DNA from: Phallusia mammillata
Lineage: Eukaryota
Assembly (NCBI GenBank): GCA_965637545.1
Contig: OZ281496.1
Span: forward strand, 28,706,001-28,770,000
DNA length: 64,000 nt
Direction of reading: 5' to 3'
The notes beneath the pieces are model-generated. The model had not been told where the DNA came from and did no database searches. It saw only the letters and a program-made list of their open reading frames with translations. This document shows, piece after piece, positions 26,401 to 37,618 of the stretch (positions within the stretch are counted from its first letter, which is position 1; each line of letters begins with the position of its first letter). A program made the translations under genes and the position numbers.

Positions 26401-27525
26401 AATGGTGTCGTTTTTCCACCAGCAGCTCTTGTAAGGTTTTTGCTCTGAAAACGCAATTATTTTTGTTGAAAACAAATACAAGGTTAGATGTGTATTCGGA
26501 CGGCGAAATCTGTTTTGTGACTACAGTAAAAACGACACACACAGGGGACAGAACAAAATTGGTTGCCTTTAAAAAAACTGCTGTAAAATCAAAAATTGTT
26601 GTCACAGTTTGCCTAGCAGCAACATTTTATGTATTTATTTCAAGTTTAAGTAAGCGGGTGTACAAGTATAACAGGAACTTAATGACAGGACACAAAAAAT
26701 AGTCGTGCATTGTAGCTTTCCGGCAAACGCTTGAATGTATTGTTATAAACAAACTTACCAAGTTGTGCGACATGATACCGATAACCAATTCTCGTAACAT
26801 TACGCGTTAGACCGATGTAAAGTCTGCCGGCGTCCTTCACGGAAACTGAACAGTTTCTGGCTAGAATTGAAACGCCACAACACGTACGAATGGGCGTTCC
26901 AATAGCGTTTTCTCTGCACAAAATAATAATCTTTGTGATTTTGCAATATTTGTATACAAATAGGCTGTTTTCCATTTGCACGAAAAACCTACTCGGACAG
27001 AAAAAAAGTGGTGACCGTAATCCGCGATTGACGATTAGTTCCGTTCCTTTTAGGTGTCCATATCATCATTTCATTGGTTTTGTTGTAGTAGAAATCATAT
27101 AGGCGAACGGCCCTGGCTAATCTCTTAAAGTCGTCTAAACAAAACGTGAGTGAGTTTAGTGCTAGGTACCAAAAGTTTCCAAAGGTTCCTTCCAATCCAA
27201 AACTTCATGTCCATCTTACGCTTATGTATCCCGATATATTACAAAGAAATTTAACCGGGTTGTTTTGAACTTAGCAATATAACATTAACGGGATCGAATT
27301 CGAAACGACAGTGAAAAGTATCGACCTACTTTAACGCTTACAATCAAGGGCTTTGTTCTTACCTATGCTTATAGGATTTTTTTTATCTATAGACAAATCA
27401 TAGTGGCAGTAGTCCATGCATAAGTCACCAGTGACATTTCCTGGGCATTTTTTGACTTGACTGTACGATATTACTAAATCAAATACAATGAACAAGATGA
27501 AAATCCGATAACTTAAATCCAACAT
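17931..27525 (-). CDS. Uncharacterised Cys-rich type I membrane protein, long-tailed (receptor B), 576 aa. Exons (minus) 27525-27363, 27134-26993, 26913-26759, 26444-26253, 23635-23396, 22653-22472, 22076-21965, 18475-17931
   Basis: All junctions GT-AG, phases 1-2-1-1-1-0-1, total 1731 nt open frame. Signal peptide MLDLSYRIFILFIVFDLVISYS, 12 ectodomain Cys, many N-glycosylation sequons (NVT, NKT, NGT, NCS, NDT, NIS, NET), TM LVLVIFLCIIGGVILLLILIFG, and an acidic Ser-rich tail with four Tyr. The TM exon is 182 nt, as in receptor A. Confidence 0.88.
20438..20464. repeat. Poly(A) tract, about 27 nt
   Basis: Uninterrupted A run in the last intron of receptor B. Confidence 0.9.
23666..23730. repeat. 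34-bp tandem duplication
   Basis: tcgtcaatacacaagttgtcttatctgaaag occurs at 23666 and 23700. Confidence 0.85.
23941..24461. mobile_element. hAT-type MITE, older copy; inverted relative of 25341-25797
   Basis: Imperfect ends caagggcgtacaa ... tttgacacccctg. About 330 bp of its interior matches the reverse complement of 25341-25797 (e.g. aaactgctctaaa, cctattgtgtgcaaacaatg, cacaatatagattatga). Confidence 0.7.
24871..24918 (+). repeat. Degenerate minimal hammerhead motif (family 2, Penelope-like type)
   Basis: cc-TTGACGA-AGGCCACCTGTATAGGACGTC-GAAA-CGTC-GG; similar to 62149-62197 but with the C3 position changed. Confidence 0.5.
25109..25959. mobile_element. hAT-type MITE (outer element) interrupted by a second MITE
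   Basis: 15-bp TIRs cagtggttcttaacc / ggttaagaaccactg; perfect 8-bp TSD acttagag at 25101-25108 and 25960-25967. Confidence 0.9.
25341..25797. mobile_element. hAT-type MITE nested inside 25109-25959
   Basis: 13-bp TIRs caggggtgcacaa / ttgtgcacccctg; flanks ccttatagtg / ccttagtg (TSD with a 2-nt indel). Confidence 0.85.
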
Positions 27526-28619
27526 TTCTTCAATGGACCTCAACGATATGCTGAGAGCATTGGATTCCTATAATGTAACAAATAAGATGTAATTAACTCA
27601 AAATGCTACTGTTGCTTGTTGACTCACAAAGATGACATACTTTCTAATGCGATTTAAAAAAGTAAAACAAATGCTATGGAATTATTCACGCAACATAACT
27701 ATTAAAGGGTGCTTTAAAATAATCGATTTCGGGCACTTAAACGCGCTGAACTATGTTAGAGTTGAATCGCATGGCAAAAATTTATTCATAATAACTCGCT
27801 ATGCCTTGCTGCCTTTCTGTACTACTGTTAAAGCAAAAAGTCAAAGCAACCCATTCCACGCGTCTGCCGCGTTCAGAGGGATGTTTTACCAGTCAATATC
27901 ACAAATATCACAAGTTACAACCAACCGTCACGTAATGATAAGGCTCTGGCAAAACACCCGTAAAAGACAAAAATATATCTGATGCTACAGAACAGTCTAT
28001 AGAAATGAATGCTATATTTGTTGATGTGCATACATTAGTGCTACTAGTATAAACGGTTCTAAAGTAATTATTTTTGCTGATAACCAGATTGCTGGAAGCC
28101 ACGTACATGTTTTAAATTCCAACAAATCAGAGTAACATAACTAATTTTTCATGAGGTCCAAACACAAAGCTGGGACCATTGCACAGCAAATCTAACTATA
28201 ATACTGTGACGGTGACCGTTACTGTGTTCGTTTTTAGCTTCAACTTTCATTTAAACGCGCCTAAACTAACTAACAAATGCTGTTTAAGCTTTTCTGTATA
28301 TATTGTACCCTTGCAATTGATGGTAAAGGTTAAACCACATGTAGTTCGGAATTTTTTCGTCGGGGAGTTTCTGAAACGCGCCCGGATACAGTACGTTTTG
28401 AAAAGCGGATGTCTATGCAGCTTAGGTCGTAATGCACATTGCAGAGCGTTGCAGAGAGCGCTCAGAGCTACCTTAGCTCATGTGGCGAGCGCATAGAAGG
28501 TGCTGGGCTTTTTACGTGAGCCGCCATGTTGCCAGAGAGGTGGGGAGAAAAAATAAGCGATCGGCAGAAAAAGCGCCGTTATAGCTGGTGAGCGCGGTCT
28601 TCCTGCCTGCTGCCAGGGA

Positions 28620-28627
28620 CTTTTATA
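28620..28627 (-). promoter_or_regulatory. Candidate TATA box for receptor B
   Basis: TATAAAAG on the minus strand within a locally GC/CpG-rich patch (about 28440-28690), 1.1 kb upstream of the ATG. An acceptor-like ttacattatag at 27568-27569 implies an upstream non-coding exon or trans-splicing. Confidence 0.3.
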
Positions 28628-29724
28628 ACACATCAACGCGACGCGATGATCTGAAGCACATGTCGGTTTAAACACGCGATCTACACAAGTTGTCACCGCT
28701 AGTCATACGTCATGTGTGATATGATAACGTACGTTTGCTGGAAAGCCCGATATGATGGAAATACTTCAATACCGCATATGATATTTAAACCATTTTTTAA
28801 CACAGAATTGCATGTGAGTGTACATACAATTTCAGATATGTGTTAGCGACAAACTCTTTGTATCCATTTGTTTTAGCGAGGAGGTGGAAAACGGAACAAT
28901 TTTAAACCAACAATAAAGACCGATACCACACACAAATGCGGAAACCCCAAGCGTCTCACACGTGTCGAAAAAGTGCGCAAATGTGATTATAAATCTTTGA
29001 GATAGAAAACAGTTTTGTTTCGTCTAAATATACAGTTAAAAAGACATAAAGGCAAACACGTAATGCTACTGAAGTAATACTTTCCCATGCTGGGTAAATT
29101 TTGCAAAATTTATGTCAACTTTGAGGTCTTCGAATCTTATTAATGCAATAAAGCTATGAGCAGCTGCGTTACGGGGATATAAGAAACCATTATGCAACAA
29201 CGTGACATTTAAAAACAACTGAAAGCGAAAATTTTGCATGTATGGTAAACGCTTGTGCAATAACGACCTACTTGATAAGGAAGGGGACTTGGAAACATTT
29301 TCATGATAAACTTTGGTGTGATAATCAAATTGCTTTTGTCCGAAGTGCGACCTCATGCTCCCAAAGGACCTAACACTAATCAATACCGCGGCAAAGGTGA
29401 GCAAGCGAAAAAAAGTCGCCGTGGCAAAAGTTTGTAGATGTTAAAGTTAATTTAGTGAATTGCGCAATTTTCATGAAAGCATTGGTTGTCTGAGGTCAAT
29501 ATGGTCCTACGTCAGACGAAACAAAGTGACAGGTGAAGATTAAAAAAACAGGGTTGTTATCACGATCGAACTACATACATTGGCCGTCCGACTGCCACAA
29601 AATGTAGAAAGTCTAAATACAAACTGGACCTTTTAAGCGACAACCTCAGCGTGTAGCTATATCAGGGAATTGATATTAAACGGGTTTACTTTAAGTCATT
29701 TCTACGCAACAAATTTTAAAATTA

Positions 29725-29747
29725 CCCCCCCCCCCCCCCCCCCCCCC
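29725..29747. repeat. Poly(C) tract, 23 nt
   Basis: Uninterrupted C run; a second 12-nt C run lies at 38051-38062. Confidence 0.9.
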
Positions 29748-30663
29748 ACAACAAAAAGCATCCAAAAACACAAACTTGTTGCCCTGTGGGGCTAATATAA
29801 GCCGTCCCTAGCTCCAAAATTACACGTCTTCAACCTCAAAAATGCAAACTGCTCTTTAGAGAGTGTTAGAGACGGACAGACGCGAAAGCGCGAGACAACA
29901 AAAATACATTACTACCAACCTGAGAAAAAGGGAACGCCTTCATGCCGAAAGTTTTCACTGCACTCATGAGCATCGGAATATACCTGGCAAGCCTACCCTG
30001 TGCACATCACTCTGAAACACCGAGCACTTGCACCTCGACAAGTGATGTGTTAGGGTGTCAGATTGCCGACAACTTTCGCGCTGTACAATCGACGGCAACC
30101 TTGTAGCGGCATCTAACAACATGCTTAACGAGGGTCCTATTTGCATCCGAACACATGGCAACATGACCCCTCTTACTACGTGAACTCACAAAACATTGAC
30201 CTATAAATCCCAAGCCGTCGGCGCTTCACATACAAGGCTTTTTTGTTTAATAAAATTCTGGTGATACTCGCGTTAACTTGGACTTTTATCCAAGAAAAGT
30301 TTGTTACATACCAAAAAACGTTGACAATATACGTGCCTTCCAGTTATGGGTTTTCCAAAAACCGTTCAATATCCACGGCTTATTCCAGTGTAGTGCTGGT
30401 ATAGTATTACTTATACGTGGGCTCTTTTAAGGGAAAACAAGCCGTTTACGTCTACTGTTACCATGCACAAATCCAATTAGAGAAGCACGCAAGTATCAGA
30501 TAAGACCTTGTAGTTGCATGAATAACGTATTTATTGTACGTGCGGTTTTAATTCCTTGTGTCAGAACCGAGCAAGGTATGAGATAACAGCTCGACTGGCG
30601 CTTTTTTAAATGTGAAAACCATTGGCGACAATAAGCCTGCTTACAATAATATGCCCTGTGAAA

Positions 30664-30715
30664 AGCTGCAGACAGTGCACACTGTTTCGACCTATAAGGT
30701 CTCATCAGTGCAGCT
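30664..30715 (-). ncRNA. Type I hammerhead ribozyme, intact core
   Basis: Minus strand: AGCUGCA (stem I) CUGAUGA GACCU-UAU-AGGUC (stem II) GAA ACAGU-GUGC-ACUGU (stem III) C, cleavage site, UGCAGCU (stem I). All conserved core nucleotides are present, the three helices pair perfectly, and the cleavage triplet is GUC. Confidence 0.88.
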
Positions 30716-31023
30716 GGTGACGAGAGATCGGCCGCATTGGGTAGTGTAGCCATTGAACGGCACTCCAATGCCTTGTGATATTATGTCAAAACGCGAGAGG
30801 ATATGTGTAGTAAATACGTGGGCGAGGTATAAAATGGTGCAATCGCATTGTTGGAAAACAGAGGACAAGGCTTAAAAACATGTTTACCGCATACCTGCCT
30901 ACCGTTCTTCGCAATGATGTTTTGTCAACATTATACATATGCAGATTTCAGTCAACCTTTACCACACAAAACAATTGCAGGAGACAAATTATTGGAAAGA
31001 TGGCGTTTAATATTCACTTAAAG

Positions 31024-31341
31024 TAGTGGTTCTAAACCTTTTTGTTATTCCATACCACCTGACGACCTTTTATATCACTGCGTACCACATACAACCTATT
31101 TGAATGGCTATACCAATAGTGTTATTCTTTTCGACTAGGCCAGTGCACCTCTAAACCAGCAAGGTTCCAAAAGAATGTCAAAGACACGAGTTTTCCCAAA
31201 AATCAGGGCTAATCAGTTAGGTCAGTTGGGTTGCAAATCTTGATCTGAAGTGAATTGAGTGCATTAAAAAGCTACTCGCGTACCACCTGAAATCCCCGGC
31301 GTAACACCAGTGGTGCGCGTACCACAGGTTGAGAACCACGG
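31024..31341. mobile_element. hAT-type MITE, degenerate
   Basis: Ends tagtggttctaaacc / ggttgagaaccacgg; internal gcgtaccac motifs; flanks acttaaag / acttaaca (6 of 8 match). Confidence 0.7.
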
Positions 31342-33669
31342 ACTTAACACGACAAGCTAATATTTAAAGCAATTTTGAATCAACAAACCCAACTGGTATA
31401 AAGCGTTTCTCTTGACAAGTGAGTGGAATTATTATTCAATACATTGTTTGCCTCATTTGCTTCTCTGACTAAGCTTGTATGTTAAAACCAACAACATAGA
31501 CGCTGTTTCAGAAATGCTCAGCGGTTTTACGGATCATGGACATGTGGTTGAAACAACGTAGAAACAATGTTTTTGTTGCAATGACTAAAGCATTTCCTTC
31601 ACTCAAGTGTAAACTGAACGATATCTTTTGTATGCGACCAGGACACTATTAGGAAATTAAAGAGCGTCGGAAAGTTCGTTTCCAAGTTAAGTTGGTCTCA
31701 CAAAACAGACAACTTGAGCGCAAAGGCCCCCCGTGAAATGTCCATCACAATAAACTGTTGACTTAGGAGAGGACGAACAACACACATTTTTTACACAGAA
31801 CAATGAAGCCCGATAAACTTTATGACACAATACGAATATTGTTAAAACCATTCAAACAAAAACACAGTTTGAAGGTCCATGCCTTACGAGTTATTAAATA
31901 TGCTCAGAACCAGTTCAAACGATTTAACCCGTTTTATTCCAATGGCTTCACTATAGTGCAACCTTTGAAAAGAGAGTTATCACATAGTACAAAAGCATGC
32001 AGAGGAACACAGTATCTCCGTACATCAATCACATATCAATCAATTTGAGATACAACTTGCAACAGTATATGAAAGATAAAGTTTGCCAAAGATCCCAAAG
32101 TTATGTTAAATATGAAAGGACTTGGAGGAATTTCGTTTAAAATCCTTCTTCAAATAGAATCCAAAGAGACGTTCTTTTACGGCTGGTTAAAGTTTCAATA
32201 ACAGACACGCGAGGATCAAACCGCAACCACCAATGCTAATTAAGGTCTTATCACTCCCAAAGGATCGCCGACTGAAAACATGGCGTCTTGCATCTAACGC
32301 GTTAGCACACCATGACCTTGAAACATCATACCAAGGTCAAATAATAATTTAGAACTTGTTGAGGACTAAATCATCCCATTTTCAAACAACTGCCTGCAGT
32401 TTTGGTCCAGGAAACTTTCAAGTGCCTCGTACTTTGTACTACGTCAACTTATAAGTATCTGAGCTAGAATCTATTGTTTTCGTGGCTTTTTACGTGCGTT
32501 TGTTTCGCAAACGAGTTGTATTTTGTCAAGTTGCAGGCCTCGTGCGTCGCAAGTCCTTTAGAAGTGATGCATAAACCCTGGTATGTTGGGACAACATAGT
32601 AAAGTGGCTCACACAACACATTTTTTTAAGTGCTATCCACAAATACAAGCCCATAAATGTACACAGGGCAATGATGTATCGTTACAAAAACCTTTACCAA
32701 CACTTGAAAACAAAAATGCTTTCGCAGCTTCGAACGTGACTAAGGCACGAAAGTAAGGGTGAATTTGTCAAATACATTCAAATGAAAACAATTTACATAA
32801 CATTGCAATCATCAGGGTAAGATACGATATCAAACATAGATTTGAAAAAAGCAACCAGCGTATTCACCACAAACCTTCTTCAACTTTAGTTCCCCAATCC
32901 AATTAAACGCAAATTTAATCAATAAACTCTTATAGAGACCTTGTACGTGACAAATGCTATTCGTAGATAACTAAATCATTCGAGCAAGCGATATACACCA
33001 TAAGAAGACCAGCTCTCTGCAGAAGTAATACCTTACTTTGCTGACCAGTGAGCTACTCAACGACACTACAACTTGCACCTTTCAATTGAGTCTTTACTGG
33101 ATTGCAATACCATCTTATGGTTCGAAACATTACTCCAAGTCTTGCCTTATCTCACAGCTCTAGTTCGAAATTCTAATCCGGCTCAGTAGATCGTAAACAC
33201 GCTGAACAACGCGCTGGTTGAATAAGCCCTCTTTTACGCATCACCTGAACCCATTCGTCGAACTTGGGTTGACGTCAAACATTTGAAAAACCGTTCCGTT
33301 CACGTGAAGCATTAATAAATTGTTACGGTTGGACAAAACGCCTTGTTCCACAAAAACTTGGAGTTGACTTTGACTTGTGCCAAAACGTTTCTCTTTTTTT
33401 CTGTTTTAGCATAGTAAAAGCACGATAGTACGTTTCACAACAGAATATTGAGGGCTGCAAGTTTAGTGGTTAAAATCACCATCTTCGAATGATAAACTCC
33501 CTTAATACGATGTCAACCGGACATTTTGTACACGTTGTTGACTATCGTTTAGAGTTCTTGAATGTCTCAAAACAAATTTAAGCACTGACTCAGTTCGGTA
33601 TAATATTGTAGTGGACGCTATAAATGCTGATCGACAGCTTTGGAGTAATAAGAGAAAGGCCCGGGCAAA

Positions 33670-34000
33670 ATCGATTAACCAAAGCGCTTGCAAAACAACC
33701 AGCCGTTAACTGAACTGGCAACCACAGTTTTGTTGCAAACTTTGCTTCCTAAAAAAACGAGAAAAATCGTATGAAAAACGAGTAAAAGATAAGCCAGGTA
33801 AAATTTATCAACCAAAGCGCTTGAAAAAAAAAACAGTCGTTAAGCAGGCCCAGCAATTTTGTTGCAAACTTTGCTTCCTAAAAAAACGAGAAAAATCGTA
33901 TGAAAAACGAGTAAAAGATAAGCCAGGTAAAATTTATCAACCAAAGCGCTTGAAAAAAAAAAAACAGTCGTTAAGCAGGCCCAGCAATTTTGTTGCAAAC
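33670..34000. repeat. Tandem repeat, unit of about 130 bp, about 2.6 copies
   Basis: ttttgttgcaaac recurs at 33728, 33857 and 33988. The two complete units are nearly identical apart from A-run length. Confidence 0.9.
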
Positions 34001-37000
34001 ATACAATTTTCCGCCCCCCGAATCGTACGAATAGGCGAGTGCATAACTTTCATACCGTTACGGGCAACTAAACGCTATCATCAACCACAGGCGTTTTATT
34101 TTCCACCCTGCACGAAGAAACAGACACAAGATGGAATTTTCATCTGCACTACATACTACAGAAGTTGAACTTTATACAGAGTTGAAGCTGCCATCTGGCA
34201 CAAATGGTTTTATATGTGAGTTTTCCAATCACCTATTCGTTTGTGGAATTTGACAGAATCGATATGAATGGAACTAATGGTGGTCAATACTTTCCAATGT
34301 ACGTCAACAGTGACACATGAAGAAGTAAAATCGTCCCTGACAATGACTCTAACATTAAGGTAAAAAATGTTCCAAGAATACTTTTTTAACTGGACCTTGT
34401 TACCACCGTTTTATAGTCATACTTCAGCAAAACTTTAAGTCAAAAATGGTAATCAGTAATCACCAAAGCAGATACAGCATGAACGCATTGCCTGCGTGCT
34501 TTTCCAACGACGTTTCTGCAAAGGTTTGAATGAAACATACAACCCCGGCACTCAAGGCAAACAGTTTCTGATATAATTGGTATGTGACCCGTGCACTCGA
34601 ATACAGTGTATACGAATACAGTTGAATACAGTAAGGAACTTAATTAAAGGCAGTTAAGTACCAAGACACCTAAAGAACCCCATTTAACCAAACAAAAATT
34701 AAAGACAGCGCCGTGCAATATGAACGTAAACTTGATACTTGGCCGCTGCCCTGAACCTTACAAAAACACATCGATCAAAAGCCAAGACGAAAATCACGTG
34801 GCCGTGCATTCAACGTCACTCACGTGTTTCCAATCATGTCTTTACATACATTGATAACTGCGGTGCCCTATACTAGAACCCTTACTGTACTGTCGCGCCC
34901 TTAACTCGCAGTAATTACTTTGCTTCGTAAAGGGATGGCCAACAGCCAGGAAAACACCACTTTACTTCAGAAGCTTCTAGCATGGGGATTCATGTGGCGG
35001 ACAGCAATGGCTCAGTGTCTTATTTGAAAGACAAGGCAGACAAACCAAGCGACTTCATGCAAGTCAAATATGCACATGATTTCTTGATGCGCCAGGTTAC
35101 GACAAAAGTGGTAAAGTCGCACCTCATGGACAAAGCGTTTAAATAGATATGCAAGACCTCACACCGTATTTCCAAAAGCTTTAAATCTTGTATGCTGAAA
35201 TTACAATATCTAGTGCAAAAAGCTTGACATTTTTGGTGTAAATTATATCACTGTTTTTCAAACCGTTGTCTATACCGCCCTCTTAACAGCTTTTTGATTT
35301 CGAAAACTTTTTTTGCTGCCCGCAGTATAGAACAAAACCTCGATAACGGTGTAAGTTTATACACTGAAACCAGTTCAATATTGGTTTAAAGTTAGAAGTG
35401 GCCTACATTTCGAAAATATTTCACTAAATTTCCTTTGTCGCTGTATTCTGTTCCAACTGTCCGGACAACGCCTCCTGTCGCTTTCACGGTTTAACATCTT
35501 CAGCAAAGTGCTCGTTAGATTTGATCTAAATTACAATTTCTGACACAAGCCACCTGGGACTGAGAACCACTGGGTTTTACAGACCTGAGGTTCGGCAGCC
35601 CCCAAGCACAAGGGATTTGCTAAACCATTACAGGGAGACAAATATGAACATTTGAAAAGGTGTCAAAACATATAAGTGTAAACAAAGGTGGTTAGACAAC
35701 TAAATAAATTCGTGATATTTTCTTGACACACCTAAATGCATATTCAAAAGATAGAGGTTTCAGATTGTTTTGTTCAGCCAAGTCTGTCCATTCGATAGGC
35801 TACTTAGACATTTAGCTGGATGATCTCTGAAAGCAAAACATCCTTCATATTCAAAGACATTCACAACAACTTAATTCGTCAAACAGATTTATACAAATTG
35901 TATATGCGGGTTGATGACCAATGTTAAAAAACATTATTCAGAGAGAAAATAGACATAACAGTAAATCGTTAGACCCTTGGCAGTAAACCTGTTCTTTACA
36001 TATAGCGGATGTCTTTAATGCATTAGACACGCGAGGACGGGGAACAGCCGTAGCGGGCAGTAAAGGGAGAATTGAGATAAACAGCGTGGTTGCATCGAAA
36101 AAGAAAGAGGCTTTGCGTTGCGTGCAAATGGGATTTGGTTCGATCCATGCTACACAATATTGACAGCTCGGTGCAAAAGACTCATTCGTCGTAGAGTTGC
36201 TGGCCGATGTGCGACGTAACAAAATCATCGCGGGTTTAATGCAGCAATCAATTATTCAAACACATCCCAACATCGAGTTGTCGTTTTTCAATTGACATCA
36301 AAATGTCTCAAATCCGCAGTTTATATACTTTCTCACACTATTGCATACTTTTAATGTCTTATTTTACCGATACTGACCATTCTGACCAATCACAAACCAG
36401 CTTGTACAAACCACGTGACTAATGAGCCAATTAAATGCGCAATACAATTTTTGTAAAAATTCCATGCTATAAAAACTGAGAACAACAAATAATGCCTTTG
36501 GTACAAAATGGATTAACTAATTTTTTTCAAATTACTGTTTTGCGCTAAAGGTCATTGCCGCAGAACAAAATTCGTTTAGGCCAGTCGCTTTGGCCTAATT
36601 TGGGTAATTGAATTTACAAAGCCTAACTTCTAAACTGAAGTTTCAACATCAGGACCAACATGCTCGTGAGAGTTGCACAGGTGGGTACTCCCGAGGGAAA
36701 CTAGTTTTTTAACCGACGCCAACTTGATTATGATCTGATCAAGGTGTAGTATGAGATGTGGTCCAATCCAACGGCTGGAATGCATGTTTATCCGAAATCG
36801 TTTTATTGAAACCACCAGCCAAATGTCGCTTTCAACCAACAATCATTGTATGTATACGACGATCTTCATTCTCCTGCCGATAACCAAAATCACAAGCAGC
36901 CATACCAAAAGTCGCGTTTATAGGATAATAAGTAGCATTGCTAAGAATGGTAACAGCACGGGTTGGTGGAACTTAAAAAAATGTTCAATACAAGAAAGTA

Positions 37001-37548
37001 ATAAAAACTGTAAAATAACGTACTTAAGCGTGACAACTCGTTCATTATTAGCAATAAGTTTAAAAACCACGTGAAAAAACGCAAATCGAAAAATCACGCT
37101 ACTGTCTTCCATTAACACGAGGAAGTTAGATTTAAAATTTCACGAAACGCACGAAAAAGTTATTTCGGTAGTCTGACTGCTTTCGGCTCATTTGCGCCCC
37201 TGTCATGCGGGGGTATACGTTTCAGATTCCTTGTCCCTACCAAGCCCGTCCATTCTATACTTAGTCATTTAGCCGGATGATCTTTGAAAGCGGAATGTTA
37301 CCTGCAGGTACTTTCTCCTCACCTTCCCGCCATGTTTGGGAAGCCATTAATTTCAAACGAAAACATTATGTTTCTTCCGCCGTCCTAGCGACTGGCAAGG
37401 CGGGAATTACCCAACGTGCTATTGGTGGAAAATTGGTATAGGTTTAACGTCAAATTAACAGGTGTAAAGTAAGGGTCTTTTCAGGGATTACAGGAACAAG
37501 GCTTTTAACGCCACTTAGTCAGAATAAGTTAAAATACAACTGGTTACC

Positions 37549-37618
37549 TTTCAAGGCCAGAAAAATGAGGCCTAGTTTCAAAGCAGAAAAATGAGGCCTA
37601 GTTTCAAGGCAGAAAAAT
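37549..37618. repeat. 26-bp tandem repeat, about 2.5 copies
   Basis: cagaaaaatgaggcctagtttcaa at 37558 and 37584; partial copy at 37610. Confidence 0.85.

Noticed and set aside
32190-32330. Minus-strand SIGGCGLILACLLL as a TM exon of a third receptor paralog
   Set aside because: Stops on both sides, wrong phase, and no accompanying ectodomain exons found.
35938-36228. 96-aa Cys-containing minus ORF
   Set aside because: No convincing acceptor, no partner exons and no family signature.
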